Counted from the first letter of the stretch, positions 14,756 to 28,901 are shown. The stretch is DNA of 64,000 nucleotides from Octopus vulgaris (GCA_951406725.2 OX597831.1:80848001-80912000); one strand, 5' to 3'. The notes: generated from the letters alone by a model not told the origin. Numbers and translations are program-made.

Positions 14756-15594
14756 ATACACACACACACACACATATACGAACATCTATACTTACAAATA
14801 AACAGACAGACAGACAGACAGACGCACACAGTTTGTTATGCAATTCTGTTAAAAAGAAAAAGAAAAACATTGGTCAATTACAAAAGGCATGGCAGAAGAA
14901 GAAGAAAAAAGAAAAAAAACATCTTTCCAGTGTACCTCACAGTGGGATCGAAACCAGAATAGCAAGGCTGTGAAGCGATCCTCTTAACGACACGGCCAAA
15001 CCCAAACCTGTTTATTTACAAGTTAAACAACTTGAAAACCTTACAAATAAACATGGTTTGTAGGTCACAACGACGCAAACCTGATATTTCTGGTTTTCTG
15101 CTCTGCCAAGCTTTGCTTTCATTTCTGATGTGTTTTTCTAAGAAAAACAACGAAATTTCGTTTATTATTCACAGTAACTCTTCTGCATTTTATCTTATTT
15201 GTATTATTTTTTGTCTAATTATTATTTTTGTTTCGCTTTTATTGTTTCAGTCACTTGACTGCGGCCATGCTGGAGCGCTGCATTGAGGTGTTTAGTTGAA
15301 CAAATTGACGCCAAAGGTTATTTTCTAAAACCTAGTATTTATTCTATCTGTCTGTTTTGCTGAACCGCTAAGTTACGGGGACGTAAACACAGCAACATCT
15401 GTTATCAAGCGCTGATCAGGGACAAACACACACACACATATATATGACGGGATTCTCTCAGTTTCCGTCTCCCAAATCCACTCTCGGTCTGAGGCGAGAG
15501 TAGAAAACACTTGTGCAAGGTGCCACGCAGTGGGACTGGACCCAGGGCCATGTGGTTGAGAAGCAAGCTTCTTACCACACAGCTACGCCTTCAC

Positions 15595-15654
<60 letters not shown>

Positions 15655-16427
15655 ATACATACTTACATACATACAGGCACATTAAAAGCACCCTGTGCCA
15701 GTGGCATGTTAAAAGCACCATCCGTACGTGGCCGTTGCCAGCCTCCCCTGGCACCTGTGTCAGTGACACGTAAAAAGCATCCACTACACTCACAGGGTGA
15801 TTGGTGTTAGGAAGGGCATCCAGCTGTAGAAACACTGCCAGATCAGACTGGAGCCTGGTGCAGCCTCCTGGCTTCCCAGACCCCGGTCGAACCGTCCAAC
15901 CCATGCTAGCATGAAAAACGGACGTTAAACGATGATGATGATGATGATGATATATGAGTTGTATTAAATACATATATGCATATGTGTGTGTGCATGTGTG
16001 TGTGTGTACGTGATTATGTATGTGTTGATGGTTGTGTGAAGTTGTTTTGCAGGCAGGTTTGTAAGTGAACATGCATTTGTTTACGTGTATCTGCATGTGC
16101 ATGCGTGTATATATATATATATATATATATATATGTAAAGATAAACTTGCTTGGAAACGGATGAGTGGTGTTCAATCAAATAACATCACCATCATCGTTT
16201 AATGTCCGCTTTCCATGCTAGCATGGGTTAGATGATTTGACTGAGGACTGGCGAACCTGATGGCTGCACCAGGCTCCTATCTGATCTGGCAGAGTTTCTA
16301 CAGCTGGAGGCCCTTCCTAATGCCAACCACTCCGTGAGTGTAGTGGGTGCTTTTACGTGCCACTGGCACGAGGGCCAGTCAGGCAGTACTGGCAACGGCC
16401 ACACTCAAATGGTGTTTTTTACGTGCC

Positions 16428-16463
<36 letters not shown>

Positions 16464-17314
16464 GCATGCATACATGGGTACAGGACGCCGCCAACAGCAA
16501 ACAACATGAAATACGGGAACAAATGAGTTCGATACGCAAACAACGAGAGAAACAAATGGTAAACAGGACAAGTAACATAAAGACCGACCTTTCATCAGTT
16601 GTCGGCTGTCTGTCTACTCCTCATTTCGAGCATTTATATTATGTATATGTGTGTGTGAGTGTGTGTGTGTGTGAGTTAAATTTTATTTGTTTCGGTTATT
16701 AGACGGCGGCCATGCTGGAGCACTGCCTTGAAACATTATATTATCTTCTACTTCTTTCAGTCATTGAACTGTGATCATGCTGGGGCACCACCTTGTAGTC
16801 GAACAAGTCTATCCCAGAGATTATTTTTTAAGACTGGTATTTAATTCTATTGGTGACCTTTGCCGAACTGCTACGTTACCAGGAACGTAAACAAACCAAC
16901 ACCTCTCATCAAGCGGTAGTGGGGACAAACACAAGGACACGCACACGCATGCGATGGGTTTCCACACAGTCTCCACCTACGAAATTCGCTCACCAGATAT
17001 CGATCGGTTCGGGGGTAATAATAAAAGACTCCTGGCTAACGTGCTGTGCAGTGGGATCGAACTCAAAACCATGTGGTTACAAAACGAGCTTCTTGACAAA
17101 ACAACCATTCCTGCGCCAATAAGATTTTAATTAGATTCCCTCATTACAGGCAACGGGTAAGATTAAACGCTAGTCAAGGTTACGTATTGTTGTCAACATA
17201 CACCATTATGCATGGCCATGGGGCATTGGGTGTGTCTGTGTGTCTGCTTTGAATGTAATCAAACTTCTTTCTTAGAAACTCATCCGAGCTTTTTAAAGAG
17301 AATTTCGCTTTTAA

Positions 17315-17357
17315 TTTCTTTCCTTCCTTCTTTCTATCCTTTCTTTATTTCTTTCTT

Positions 17358-17456
<99 letters not shown>

Positions 17457-17477
17457 ATCTTTCTTTCTTTCTTTCTT

Positions 17478-17536
<59 letters not shown>

Positions 17537-17582
17537 ATCTTTCTTTCTTCCTTTCTATCCTGCTCTTCCCTTCCTTCCTTTC
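17315..17582. repeat. (CTTT)n tetranucleotide microsatellite
   Basis: Read directly. Confidence 0.95.
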
Positions 17583-18149
17583 TTGACACAATGAGGTTTT
17601 TGCAAATATGGAGTGTGTGTGTCTATCAATAACGTGTGCATGTGTGTGTGTGTGTGCATGTGTGTGTGTGTGCGTGTGTGTGTGGATGTGTGACCGTGTG
17701 TGTGTGTGTGTGTGTGTGTGTGACTGTCTCCTTCCTTTGACTTCATGTTACAGTTGAAAAAATGACTACCACCGTCATACAAGCGGTACCCTTCGTTTCC
17801 AATTTTCCCTTGAAAAAAAAAACACGTCTGGTTCTAAGAAAATATTAACCCTACATGAAAGCAAGGTGAGGGTTGACGAGAGGAAAGGCATCCAGCTGTA
17901 CAAAACCCGACTCAACAGAGACCCTCCGTCCCATGCAAGCATGGAGAAATAACATTGATGATGATAGGTGTGTGCGTGTGTGAAGACGCGTGGCTCAGTG
18001 GTTAGGCGATGGCACTCATGACTTAATGATTGTAGGTTCGATTTCCGAGCTGAGCAGTACGTTTTGTTCTCAAGCAAAGCACTCCAATTTATGTTGTCCC
18101 AGTTCACTCAGCTGCAAATGGATCACCCTGTGACGGAACAGCCTTCTGA

Positions 18150-18440
18150 TCAATGGGTGGGGCTATGGGAAATGAAGAAGACTGGAGATAGTGCCAGTTA
18201 CTGTTGGGTCCTTGGGGACAGTATCAGAAGGCATCAAGAGGAATATTAAGGAAATTGGAATAGAGTGCCCAGTAGAACTGTTACAAAAGGTTTGCCTCCT
18301 TAGCACGGCCAGAATAAATAGGGAAATATTAGACAGCTGAAAAGACCGGATAGCATGGTACCGTGGGCTGCAGGTAGTAAGCCCGCCGCTACGCATGCAA
18401 GACTCCAGGAGCTCCAACAAAACCCGTCTGTAATAAAGAG
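18150..18440 (+). mobile_element. 3' fragment of a restriction-like-endonuclease LINE (R4/Dong-like)
   Basis: Frameshifted reading LWEMKK/LEIVPVTVGSLGTVSEGIKRNIKEIGIECPVELLQKVCLLSTARINREILDS* resembles the conserved PVVIGALG...LQK..LLGTARILR C-terminus of this group. Confidence 0.6.
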
Positions 18441-19119
18441 AAAAAAAAATCCTTTCTATTATAGGCACAAGGCCAGCAATTTCAGAGGAAGTGGTTAGTC
18501 GATTACATCGACCTCAGTACGTAAATGGTACTTGTTTTATCGACCCCGAAAGGATGTAAGGCAAAAATCAACCTTGGCAGAATTTGATCTCAGGCATAAT
18601 AAGGTTAGTAATTTCGGGCGAGGGGGCAAGTCAATTGCATTGACCCCCAGTGACCAGCTAATACATTTTTTATCAACCCCGAGATGATGAAAAGCAAAGT
18701 CAACCTCGGTGGCATTTGAACTAAAAAATGTCGTCGATGAGGCTTCGTTAAGCTAGACACAGAAACAACCAGTAACAAGGGGGGGGGGGGGGGTCGGTGT
18801 ATTAATTATTTTCGCTTCATTCAACTCTTACACTGTAAGAGCGAATACGATCGACCATCCAACCTGCCAGTCTCCTTTCCTGCCGAACCGGAAGTTCCTT
18901 GTTTCTTATTTCTTTATTGCCCACAAGGGGCTACACACAGAGGGGACAAACAAGGACGGACAAACGGATTAAGTTGATTACATTGACCCCATTGCGTAAC
19001 TGTACTTAATTTATCGACCCTGAAAGGATGGAAGGCAAAGTCGACCTCGGCGGAATTTGAACTCAGAACGTAACGGCAGACGAAACCATGTTTTATGGTA
19101 TGTCTATTTACTTCTGTAA

Positions 19120-19173
19120 TGTGTGTGTGTGTGCGTGTGTGTGCGTGCGTGTGTGCGTGTGTGTGTGTGTGTG

Positions 19174-19216
<43 letters not shown>

Positions 19217-19227
19217 GTGTGTGTGTG

Positions 19228-19262
<35 letters not shown>

Positions 19263-19372
19263 GTGTGTGTGTGTGTGTGTTGTGTGTGTGTGTGTGTGTG
19301 TGTTGTGTGTGTGTGTTTTGTGTGTGTGTGTGTGTTTTGTGTGTGTGTGTGTGTGTATGTGTGTGTGTGTGT
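19120..19372. repeat. Interrupted (GT)n microsatellite
   Basis: Read directly. Confidence 0.95.
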
Positions 19373-19634
19373 ATAAACACATTTTTCTTATTTGCACGTT
19401 GTATTTACAGCTGTCTCCACTATCTCTCCCTGTATCTATTCGCCTTACGTAACGATCATTCTCGTAAGCGTGATTACACATCCTAGATACGGATGTCATT
19501 ACACTGTTATATCAGTTACATAACAGCATTAAAACATGTGTTCCGTGTGACAGCATTTTACACATTTTACCTTATCATGGGACCTTATCATGAAAGTCGT
19601 TTACATATATGCAAATTGTGTGGAGCGCACGATG

Positions 19635-20985
19635 TGTTTGCAGGGAACACTGACGGGGTTGGGGGTGTGGGTATACTTCTTGTGGAGAAATTGGGAGATA
19701 AGGTAATTGAGGTAGTCAGAGTATGCGACAGAATACTTAAGATCAGATTAGTGCTCCACCATGGGTTAGCAACCATTATCTCGGCCTATGCCCCTCAGCC
19801 AGGGCTACCCGATGGACAGAAAGACCGATTCTATGACACCCTCTTGCAGACTACCGCGTTGACGAATGACAGGGACCTTCTCTTTGTGGCTGGTGACTTC
19901 AATGGACATGTTGAACAACATGTCGGGGGCTTCCATGGCATACATGGAAGCTAAGGTTTTGGCTCTCACAATGAGGAGGGAACCAGGCTGCTTGAGTTCT
20001 GTGATGCAAATGATCTTATGGTTTGCAATACTAACTTCAGGAAACCTGCCAGTCACCTAGTCACCTACCGCTCTGGCAGACACACTAGTCAAATTGACTA
20101 CATCCTCACCAGAAAAAGGGAAAGATGGCTGCTTATAAATGCCAAAACCTTCCCAGGCGAAGAATTTACCCCACAACATAGACTGTTAGTTAGTGTTTTC
20201 AGGATCAGGGCTAAATGGATGCCCAGAAGACGACCAGCAAGTAGAAGAAGGGTCTAGAGACTTAAAGATCCTGCAAATGGACAGAGATTTAGAGACATAT
20301 TAATCGAAGCCTTTGACGAAATAGAAGGGTATATAGCTTCATACGATATTGAAGACAACTGGAGGTTTCTACCGGACAACCTGCTAAGGGCCACTGACCA
20401 GATCTTTGGATGATGCAAAGTCCCCTCTCGACCCAAAATAACGTGGTGGTGGAGCAATGTTGTTGACAGGGCTATTAGAGAAAAGAAACAAGCTTGGACG
20501 GACTGGAAGAATGGTGGTATGAGGGAATTCTATCAGACTGCCAGAAGGGAAGCTAGGAGGCAGGTTTATTTAGCCAGAGGGGAAGCAGATAAGAAAAAAT
20601 TTGCCAATGTTCTGCGCCGTGAGGACCAAAGACTTGAGGTATTTCGTGTTGCAAGACAGTGTGTGAGAGAGAATCGTGATGTGGTAGGAGAGAAATGTGT
20701 CCGCATGGATGATGGTTCACTTGCGCTAAATGAGGCTGCGAAGAGAGAGGTTTGGAGACGCTATTATGAAAGATTGCTGAACAAAGAAAATGAATGGGAG
20801 ATCCCTTATCTCGTGGTCAATGAGGAAACTAGGGATGGATGAATGGTTAGTGAGAGCCGTGCAAGCCATGTACAGGGACGCTGTCAGTAAGGTGAGGGTT
20901 GGCAACGAGTACACTGAAGACTTCAGGGTAGAGGTAGGGGTCCACCAAGGTTCAGTCCTCAGCCCCCTCCTATGTATCATAGTAT
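19635..20985 (+). mobile_element. RTE LINE fragment (AP endonuclease to partial RT), internally deleted and truncated
   Basis: Motifs GVGILL, ISAYAPQ, AGDFNGHV, SQIDYIL and VGVHQGSVLSPLL. Paralogous to 25108-28159. A deletion near 20800 joins NKENEWE directly to the RSLI-WSMRKLG region. Confidence 0.92.
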
Positions 20986-21290
20986 ATATATAAATATAGA
21001 TATAGGCCTGTGTTCTAGACATACAAACTGTTAAATTTAACTGCTTTTCCATAGATCGCAAAGAAAGAGAATTCTTAATCGGTGTTCGACCCTTATGAAG
21101 TCTTATCAGATGTCTACGTCACTTGACCAATTCCAGAGAAATACACACACACACACACACACACACTCACATGCACGCACACAATGTACAAACACATACA
21201 CACACAACTATAGGGATGTAAAAATCTCCACGAAAGCTTTTCTGATAGATTTTTAAGAGCCAGAATGAATGCGTCATGTACGATTCCAAG

Positions 21291-21325
<35 letters not shown>

Positions 21326-21346
21326 GGTGTGTGTGTGTGTGCGCGC

Positions 21347-21394
<48 letters not shown>

Positions 21395-21820
21395 TCCAAT
21401 GGCACTCTGCTGGTTTGTCTGGGAGAAAGGAACAGCAAGAGACGGTGGACTTTAAAAGTTTGTCATCACTAAATTGAGACCAACGAAGCCATTGCGTCTA
21501 CCACGGTAGCGTCTCCTACACACATTGCTCAGCCTATTTCACCAGATTTGGGACTTCATCGTAATCCTACAGATAATTTTGCTGTTGCTCTTGTTGTTGT
21601 TGTTGATATTTAAACAAAGATAACCGCAACGGTCACAACCCTGTACAAGTGCACTGATATAGGTGACCTCTCGTTGTATGATATGGTTCTCCCAAATGTA
21701 AACATTTTGTCTTATAAAACAGATGTTCAGTTGACACGTCATGCTTACAAGGTTGTGCGATAAACACACTCGCTTCGCAACTACTTTGCTTCAAGTTCAA
21801 TCTTCCCTTGCGTGGAACCA

Positions 21821-22061
21821 CCTTTTGTTACCAGATTACTACCATTTATTACCATATTTCTTTTGAGATGCTCTGTGTTTCTTTCAATTAATTTTAAATA
21901 TAACAAAGAATTTAGTAAAATAAGTTAGTTATCATTAAGCTAGTGTTAGGAACATAAATTGTGACTAAGGTTTGGTGGAAGATTTTAATTGAGAACTTAT
22001 GAAAACAAGACATTTGTACTACAGAGCCAGAGGCAGTTTCAGGCGGGTTGGTAACAAAAGG
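21821..22061. mobile_element. MITE with 13-bp TIRs (CCTTTTGTTACCA), piggyBac-like ends
   Basis: CCTTTTGTTACCA at 21821 and TGGTAACAAAAGG ending at 22061. The TTAA TSD is not preserved. Confidence 0.55.
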
Positions 22062-23698
22062 ATCTGTTATCATATTTCTTTTTTAAAACTACCTGAGTCT
22101 AGTGAGGGAAATTTAAGAGATCGAATCTGTGTCGAGGTGGAAGTGCTTGGGCCTAGTGTGTTTATGGTGTTGCACTTACAATCGTAAAATCGTGGTTTCG
22201 ATTTCCAGCCGAGTGGTGTGTTGTGTTCTCGAATAAAACACTCCCATTTCATGTTAGTCCTGTTCACTCAACCGTAAATGAGTGACCATGCGACAGACTG
22301 ACAACCTGTTTAGAGAAAACGTTCTGCTCTCGGTCTCACTTCTACGCCATGGAAACCGGATGACCGGCCCTACGCATCCTTGGGCTCGAGAGGGTAATGT
22401 CCAGGGGATGATGATGATGATGGTGGTGGTGGTGGTGATAATGATGATGGTAGTGATGGTGAGTTAATGTTGATAATGATGATGGTGGTGATGATGACAA
22501 TGATGATGATGATTATGATGAATCTGTGTAGAGGCGAGTAGAAGTGACTGTTCGTGTTTTGGGAGTGGTAGGCTTAAAGCGTCGTTCTGATCTGGATTGG
22601 ATTGTGGTTTATTACTGTGAAGTAGGGGTCAGCTCTGTGGCAAGCATTTGGGTCAGGTGTTTGATGTAGGTACATAGTCTTCTCTCTTTCTCTCACACCA
22701 GTGACGGAGGCACTGTAAAGGTCCAAAGGAGCTACTCGTCCCCTTTAGGCTAAGACATTAAAAACTTCAATAAAAATCCTTTCTACAACAGGTACAATGT
22801 CTGACATTTTGGTGGGAAGGGGCTTGGCATCAGCGCTAAACTGGGACTTATATTATCGACCCCATAAGGATGAAAAGCAGCGTTGACCTCGGTGGAATTT
22901 GAACTTAAACAACATCAACAACAGAAACAGTAACATCAATGTGAACGGCAGCAGCAACAACAACAACAACATAAAAAAAATGCAGGCAGAGACGAAAAGT
23001 ATGAAAGTCGGAGCTGTCGGTATTCAATAAGATCATATCCCATAATGCTATTGCATTACCAATGCTATTACGAAGATTTGGAACTCTTGGTCGGGCTCTT
23101 GAAGTGATTCGTCATCAAGATATTAACCATCAAGGGAAACTACCACGTGACAACGTCTATGCGAGACGGTGGGATGAAAGGAGAAGCAGAGGTGTGAGGT
23201 GAATGTAAACAACCTTCGAATGTTGTATCAAATCACTCGCGGGAAACTTACAGAGCAGCAAATGGGAAAAAGTCCTCATTTATTTAATGGCACTCCATCG
23301 CTTACGACGACAAAGGTTCCAGTTGATCCGATCAATGAAACAGCCGGCTCGTCAATTTAACATGCAAGTGGCTGAGTGCTCCACAGACATGCATACCCTT
23401 AATGTAGTTCTCAAGGTAATTCAGTGTGACACAGAGTGTGACAAGGCTGGCCCTTTGAAATACAGGTACAACTTATTTTTGCCAGCTGAGTGTCATGGAG
23501 CAATGTGAAAATAAAGTGTTTTGCTCAAGGACACAATGCGTTGCCGGAAATTGAACTCAGGACCATATGACCATCAGGTGAATACCCTAATTTACTCTGA
23601 ATAGGTACAGCTGTTCCAGGTGACTCAAGGATAGCTGGATTAAGCTACACAAATAGAAACGGGATGGTGGGAGCAGAAACACGCATCATAGGTGCATA

Positions 23699-23917
23699 CA
23701 GTAATCCCTCGCCATATCGCGGTTCACTTATCACGGTTTATTATTTAAGCTTGCGTCGATTCGTCCGTGGCGTTGTTTTGCATTTATAATTTAAATAAAT
23801 ATATACAAATTAAAAATTTTTTTAAATACAGTACAATACTGTTTCTACTTCGCGGATTTTCACCTATCGCGCGGGGATTTTTGTAACGTAACACCCGCGA
23901 TAGTCAAGGGATTACTG
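23699..23917. mobile_element. pogo/Tigger-type MITE (219 bp)
   Basis: TA|CAGTAATCCCTCGCCATATCGCGG ... CCGCGATAGTCAAGGGATTACTG|TA: TIRs with a TA TSD. Confidence 0.85.
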
Positions 23918-25107
23918 TATGAATGTGTGTGTGTATGTATATATATATATTTCATTCCTCGGCCAACGATGTCCAAAGCAAGCTAAGATCTACTCATTTC
24001 ATTTCTTTCGATCCCTCGTACTACATTCGCCACTAACACTTAAAATGTATTATCTATTTACTAACTGTTTGTTTTTCATGAGCTAACCATCGATATTGTC
24101 CCCTCAAATATAATTTTAATTTTAATCCTACCTCGTAAAGTTTATTATGATAATTATTCGTCTCTCTCTGATGATAATTTGTTCGTCCTCAATGATATTT
24201 GTTTCCCTATGGTAATTGGTTTCTCCTCGTTCAATTCACATTCTTATCTCCCATACTTTGTCCTGTCCCCTATCAAAACTTCGATTGCTTAATTCTCATC
24301 ATTCCTAGTTCCATATATCTTGCCTTTCTGTCCCCAATCAAAACTTCGCCATTCGCGCGGTGCACCCGCCCTTTCCCACCCCCAATACCAGATATCTCTA
24401 TATTCGCACCATCCACACCGGATATCCCTTCTCCCACCACCATTACCTGTGTTCATACTTCCAACCCCTCCTCCTCAATGGGCTATTTCACTACGTATTA
24501 CCTGTGCTTCTCTCTCCTAGGACAGACGCAGCTAGCGCAGCTGCTCATCAACCCACCCACTTAACCAGTTATCTTAAGTTTCTTTCTGTTTAGAAATCTG
24601 CCACCACCTGAACGAGCTATCTCCTCTTCCAGTCCCCCCTCTCACTGGTGATATCCTACGTTTCATTCTGTATAGAACCTGTCACCACCCCTACCTGTTA
24701 TCGCTTCTCCTAATTCCCCCTTCTCACAGGTACTGTTCCCTATATTACCTGCACTCTCTTCTCCATCCTTCCCTCTCTCTACCTCTCTTCTCTCTGCCTG
24801 AACCCTTCCCCACCGCAAATGCAACCTGTTTTCAGCTGAACCCCTCCTAACCTAACACTGGAATATCCATATTTCTGCTACACCGCTTAAAACTACGTCA
24901 TTCAATGACCATAATGCTTGCTTACAACGCCACTAACACCTGGAATATCAATATTTCTGCCACACAACTTACATCTACATCATCGATGACCTCAATGCTT
25001 ATGCTTACAATGCTGCTAACACTGGCTCCTGCCTACAGCAGGGGCAACAATCTTAACATGCCTAAATGCTTGAATGTTGTCAGGTCGGAAGAGAGAGCAA
25101 ATGAAGA

Positions 25108-28100
25108 ATGCCTAAAATACGATCACCACAACAACCGTCTTCTTTTCAGGCGCTGAATTACATCCGCCCTCCCCAAACCTCACCCCACATTACCTTCCCG
25201 GTTTTCAGAGCTGGCACTGTCAATGTTGGTACACTGAAAGGTAGGTCTAGTGAGATTGTAGAGATTCTTGAAAGGAGAGGGGTTGATGTATGCTGCATAC
25301 AAGAGGTACGATGGAGAGGTGCTTCAGCTAGGGTCCTCACAGGCAAGGCACATATGTATAAAGTCTTCTGGCAAGGTAACATGGATGGTGTAGGCATTCT
25401 CCTTGCGGAGAAATGGGTGGATAAGGTCATAGAGCTTGTCAGGGTATGCGATAGAGTCCTCAAGCTCAGGCTAGTCCTACAGAACGGCACAGCTACAATT
25501 ATCTCCGACTATGCCCCACAGGCGGGGACTACCAAATGATCAGAAGGACCATTTTTATGATACCCTTTTACAGGCTAGCTCAAAGACGGGTGGCAAGGAC
25601 CTCATCTTCGTGGCTGGAGACTTTAATGGGCATGTTGGGCGGGAATCGGGTATCTTCACTGGGGTACACGGTGGCCATGGTATTGGCACCCGAAATGATG
25701 AGGGGACTAGGCTACTGGAATTCTGTGATGCATGTAACCTTTTAATCTATAACACTAACTTCAGGAAGCCAGACTGCCACCTTATAACCTATCACCAGGG
25801 GACTCCGCTAGCCAAATAGACTTCATCCTCACCAGACAGCGGGACGCAGGGTTGCTCTTAAATACAAACACCATCCCGGGTGAAGAATGTACCCCCCAGC
25901 ATTGGCTAGTCATTAGTGACTTTAGGCTCGAGGTCAGAAGGATACCAATAAGCAGACCAATCCAGGAAAGAAGGATTTGGAAGGTAAAGAACCCTTCACA
26001 TGGTCAGAGATTTAGGGACAGCCTCTCCAAGAAATTTGATGAGATGGAGGAGGAGCTACAGACGTCGGACATAGAAGGTAGCTGGAAATTCCTACGGGAC
26101 AGCTTGCTGAGTGCCACAGACCAAGTCTGTGGATGGTGCAAAGTCCCTTCCAGACCTAGAGTTACGTGGTGGTGGAATAATACAGTAGACAAAGCCATTA
26201 GAGCAAAGAAACAGGCCTGGAAATCCTGGAGGGATGAAGTCTGCCAATGTCCAGCGATGTGTGGACCAAAGAACTGAGGTATTTCGTATTGCTAGACAGT
26301 GTGTGAGAGAAAATAGTGATGTCACAGGAGAGAAATGCATCCGCATGGATGATGGTGCACTTGCTTTCAATGTTTCTGAAAAGAAAAAAGCTTGGAGAAG
26401 CCATTATGAGAGACTGCTGAATGTGGAGAATGAATGGGAGGAGGAGAGCCTGCCAAATGTTGACCCAGTAGAGGGACCAGCTATCCGAATAGACAGCTCC
26501 CTAGTAGTTAAGGCAATTAAGGGTATGAAACCAGGAAAAGCCCCCGGCCCATCAGGAATCACTGCTGAGATGCTTAAAACTTCTAGTGGTGCTGGCTATG
26601 ACCTAGTCACCCGCATTGTAAACCAGGTAGTTCATAATGGAGTCATACCCGATGACTGGTGTAGCAGCACCATAGTCAACTGCTACAAGGGTCAAGGTGA
26701 TACTCTAGATAGAAACAACTACAGGGGTATTAAACTGTTGGATCAGGTGAGGAAGGTCACAGAGAGGGTCATAGCCCATCTCATCAGGGAGGGAGTTTGC
26801 TTAGATGAGATGCAGTTCGGTTTTGTGTCGAGTAGAAGCACCACTGATGCAATATTCCTGGTTCGACAACTGCAGGAGAAATACCTAGCTAAAGATAAAC
26901 CCCTCTACATAGCTTTCGTGGACTTGGAGAAAGCCTTTGACAGGGTCCCCCAATCCCTTATCTGGTGGGCGATGCGGAAACTGGAGATTGACGAATGGTT
27001 AATAAGGGCTGTACAGGCCCTATACAGAGAGGCTGTCAGCAAGGTTAGGATTGGCAATGAGTATAGTGAAGAATTCCGGGTAGAAGTAGGGGTCCACCAA
27101 GGTTCAGCCCTCAGTCCCCTTTTATTCATCATAATCCTCCAGGCAATAACAGAGGAATTCAAGACGGGTTGCCCCTTGGAGCTCCTCTATGCTGATGACC
27201 TGGCTCTCATAGCAGAATCACTAACGGAACTAGAAAATATATTTCGGGTGTGGAAGCAAGGTTTAGAATCAAAGGGCCTTAGAGTAAATGTAGCAAAGAC
27301 CAAAGTTATAGTAAGCAGAAAGGTGAACTCATCACACACCCCCTCGGGCAGGTGGCCATGCTCAATCTGTAGGAAAGGTGTAGGTAGAAACTCCATAAGA
27401 TGTATCCAGTGTAAGCTATGGACGCATAAGAGGTGCAGCAACATCAAAGGAAAATTAACTGATAAGATAGCCTTCATGTGCAGCAGATGCACAGGGGCAA
27501 TAGACACCACAGATGCTCAGAAAACAGATTCCATCACACTCCAGTGGGAGAAACTAGAAGTAGTTGATAGTTTCCGCTACCTAGGTGACCAAGTTAGTAG
27601 TGGAGGTGGATGCTCAGAGAGTGTCACCACTAGAATACGAATAGCCTGGGCAAAGTTTAGGAAGCTTCTTCCCCTACTGACGACAAAGGGTCTCTCGCAC
27701 AGAGTGAAAGGTAGGTTGTATGATGCATGTGTGCGTACTGCCATGCTCCAAGGCAGTGAAACATGGGCTGTGACTACAGAGGACATGCGTAGGCTTGAAA
27801 GAAATGAAGCTAGCATGATCCACTGGATGTGTAATGTCAGTGTGCACGCACGACAGAGTGTAAGTGTCCTGAGAGAAATGCTGGACATAAGAAGCATTGG
27901 ATGTGGCATGTAAGAGAGACATTTGTGCTGGTATGGTCATGTACTACGGATGGATGAGGAGAGATGTGTGAAGAAGTGCCACTCCCAAACAGTTGAAGGT
28001 ATCTGGGGTAGAGGTAGACCCAGGAAGACATGGGATGAGGTGGTCAAGCATGACCTTCGAACGTTGGGCCTCAAAGATGCAATGACCAAAGACCGAGATC

Positions 28101-28555
28101 TCTGGAGATATGCTGTGACTGCAAAGACCCGGGTTGCTTCCTACACCAGTTTCGCATAGCCCCAGCCCATCCAATGTACCTTGGATTGCAGAACGACCTG
28201 CTGTGCTTACCTTGGATCGTAGGGTGACCTGCTGTGTTTGAGGAGACCTATTGAGTCAAGTACATCAACATCAAAATAAATATCAAATGGAAATTGTAGT
28301 TGTGATACCTGTACTGGTGACACGTAAAAAGCACCATCCGAACGTGGCCGATGCCAGCCTCCCCTGGCACCTGTGCCGGTGGTACGTAAAAAGCACCCAC
28401 TACACTCACGGGGTGGTTGGCGTTAGAAAGGGCATCCAGCTGTAGAAACACTGCCAGATCAGACTGGAGCCTGGTGCAGCCTCTTGGCTTCCCAGACCCC
28501 GGTCGAACCGTCCAACTCGTGCTAACGCGGAAAACGGACGTCAAACGATGCTGAT

Positions 28556-28558
<3 letters not shown>
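25108..28558 (+). mobile_element. Near full-length decayed RTE-clade LINE (AP endonuclease + RT + PHD-like finger), 3' UTR ending in (GAT)-like repeats
   Basis: Endonuclease motifs GTVNVGTL, CCIQEVRW, AGDFNGH and IDFIL. RT motifs KAPGPSG, NYRGIKLL, FVDLEKAFD, GVHQGSALSP and LLYADD (~27188-27199). C-terminal WYGHVLRM...GRGRPRKTW. Several frameshifts and stops. The C-rich 5' UTR probably extends to ~24600. Confidence 0.95.
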
Positions 28559-28605
<47 letters not shown>

Positions 28606-28858
28606 GAAATGAGGTAATCAGAAGATCGGATGGTTTATATTTACAGATATTTATTTATATATTACATTTTTTACATATATATCATATCACTTAGATCATT
28701 AGCGCTTTCTCCCATTCTAGTGGGGTTTTCAAATCAAAATAATTCCTTTGTGGGGAATTCTAATAATTTTATAGAGTTTCGTAGTGGTGGGGAGGAACAA
28801 GACAGCACAAGAGGGTGAGGTGGATGGGGAGGAAGTGAGAGAGAGAACATGTGTGTAT

Positions 28859-28901
<43 letters not shown>

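Noticed and set aside
24168-24174. CTGATGA (also CTGAAGA at ~34718 and minus-strand CTGATGA at 16592-16598) as complete hammerheads
   Set aside because: No correctly placed GAAA or closing stems could be found. At most these are half-ribozyme remnants.
26234-27913. 559-aa ORF as an active reverse transcriptase gene
   Set aside because: Part of an RTE copy with frameshifts, a deletion just upstream and a premature stop, so not autonomous.
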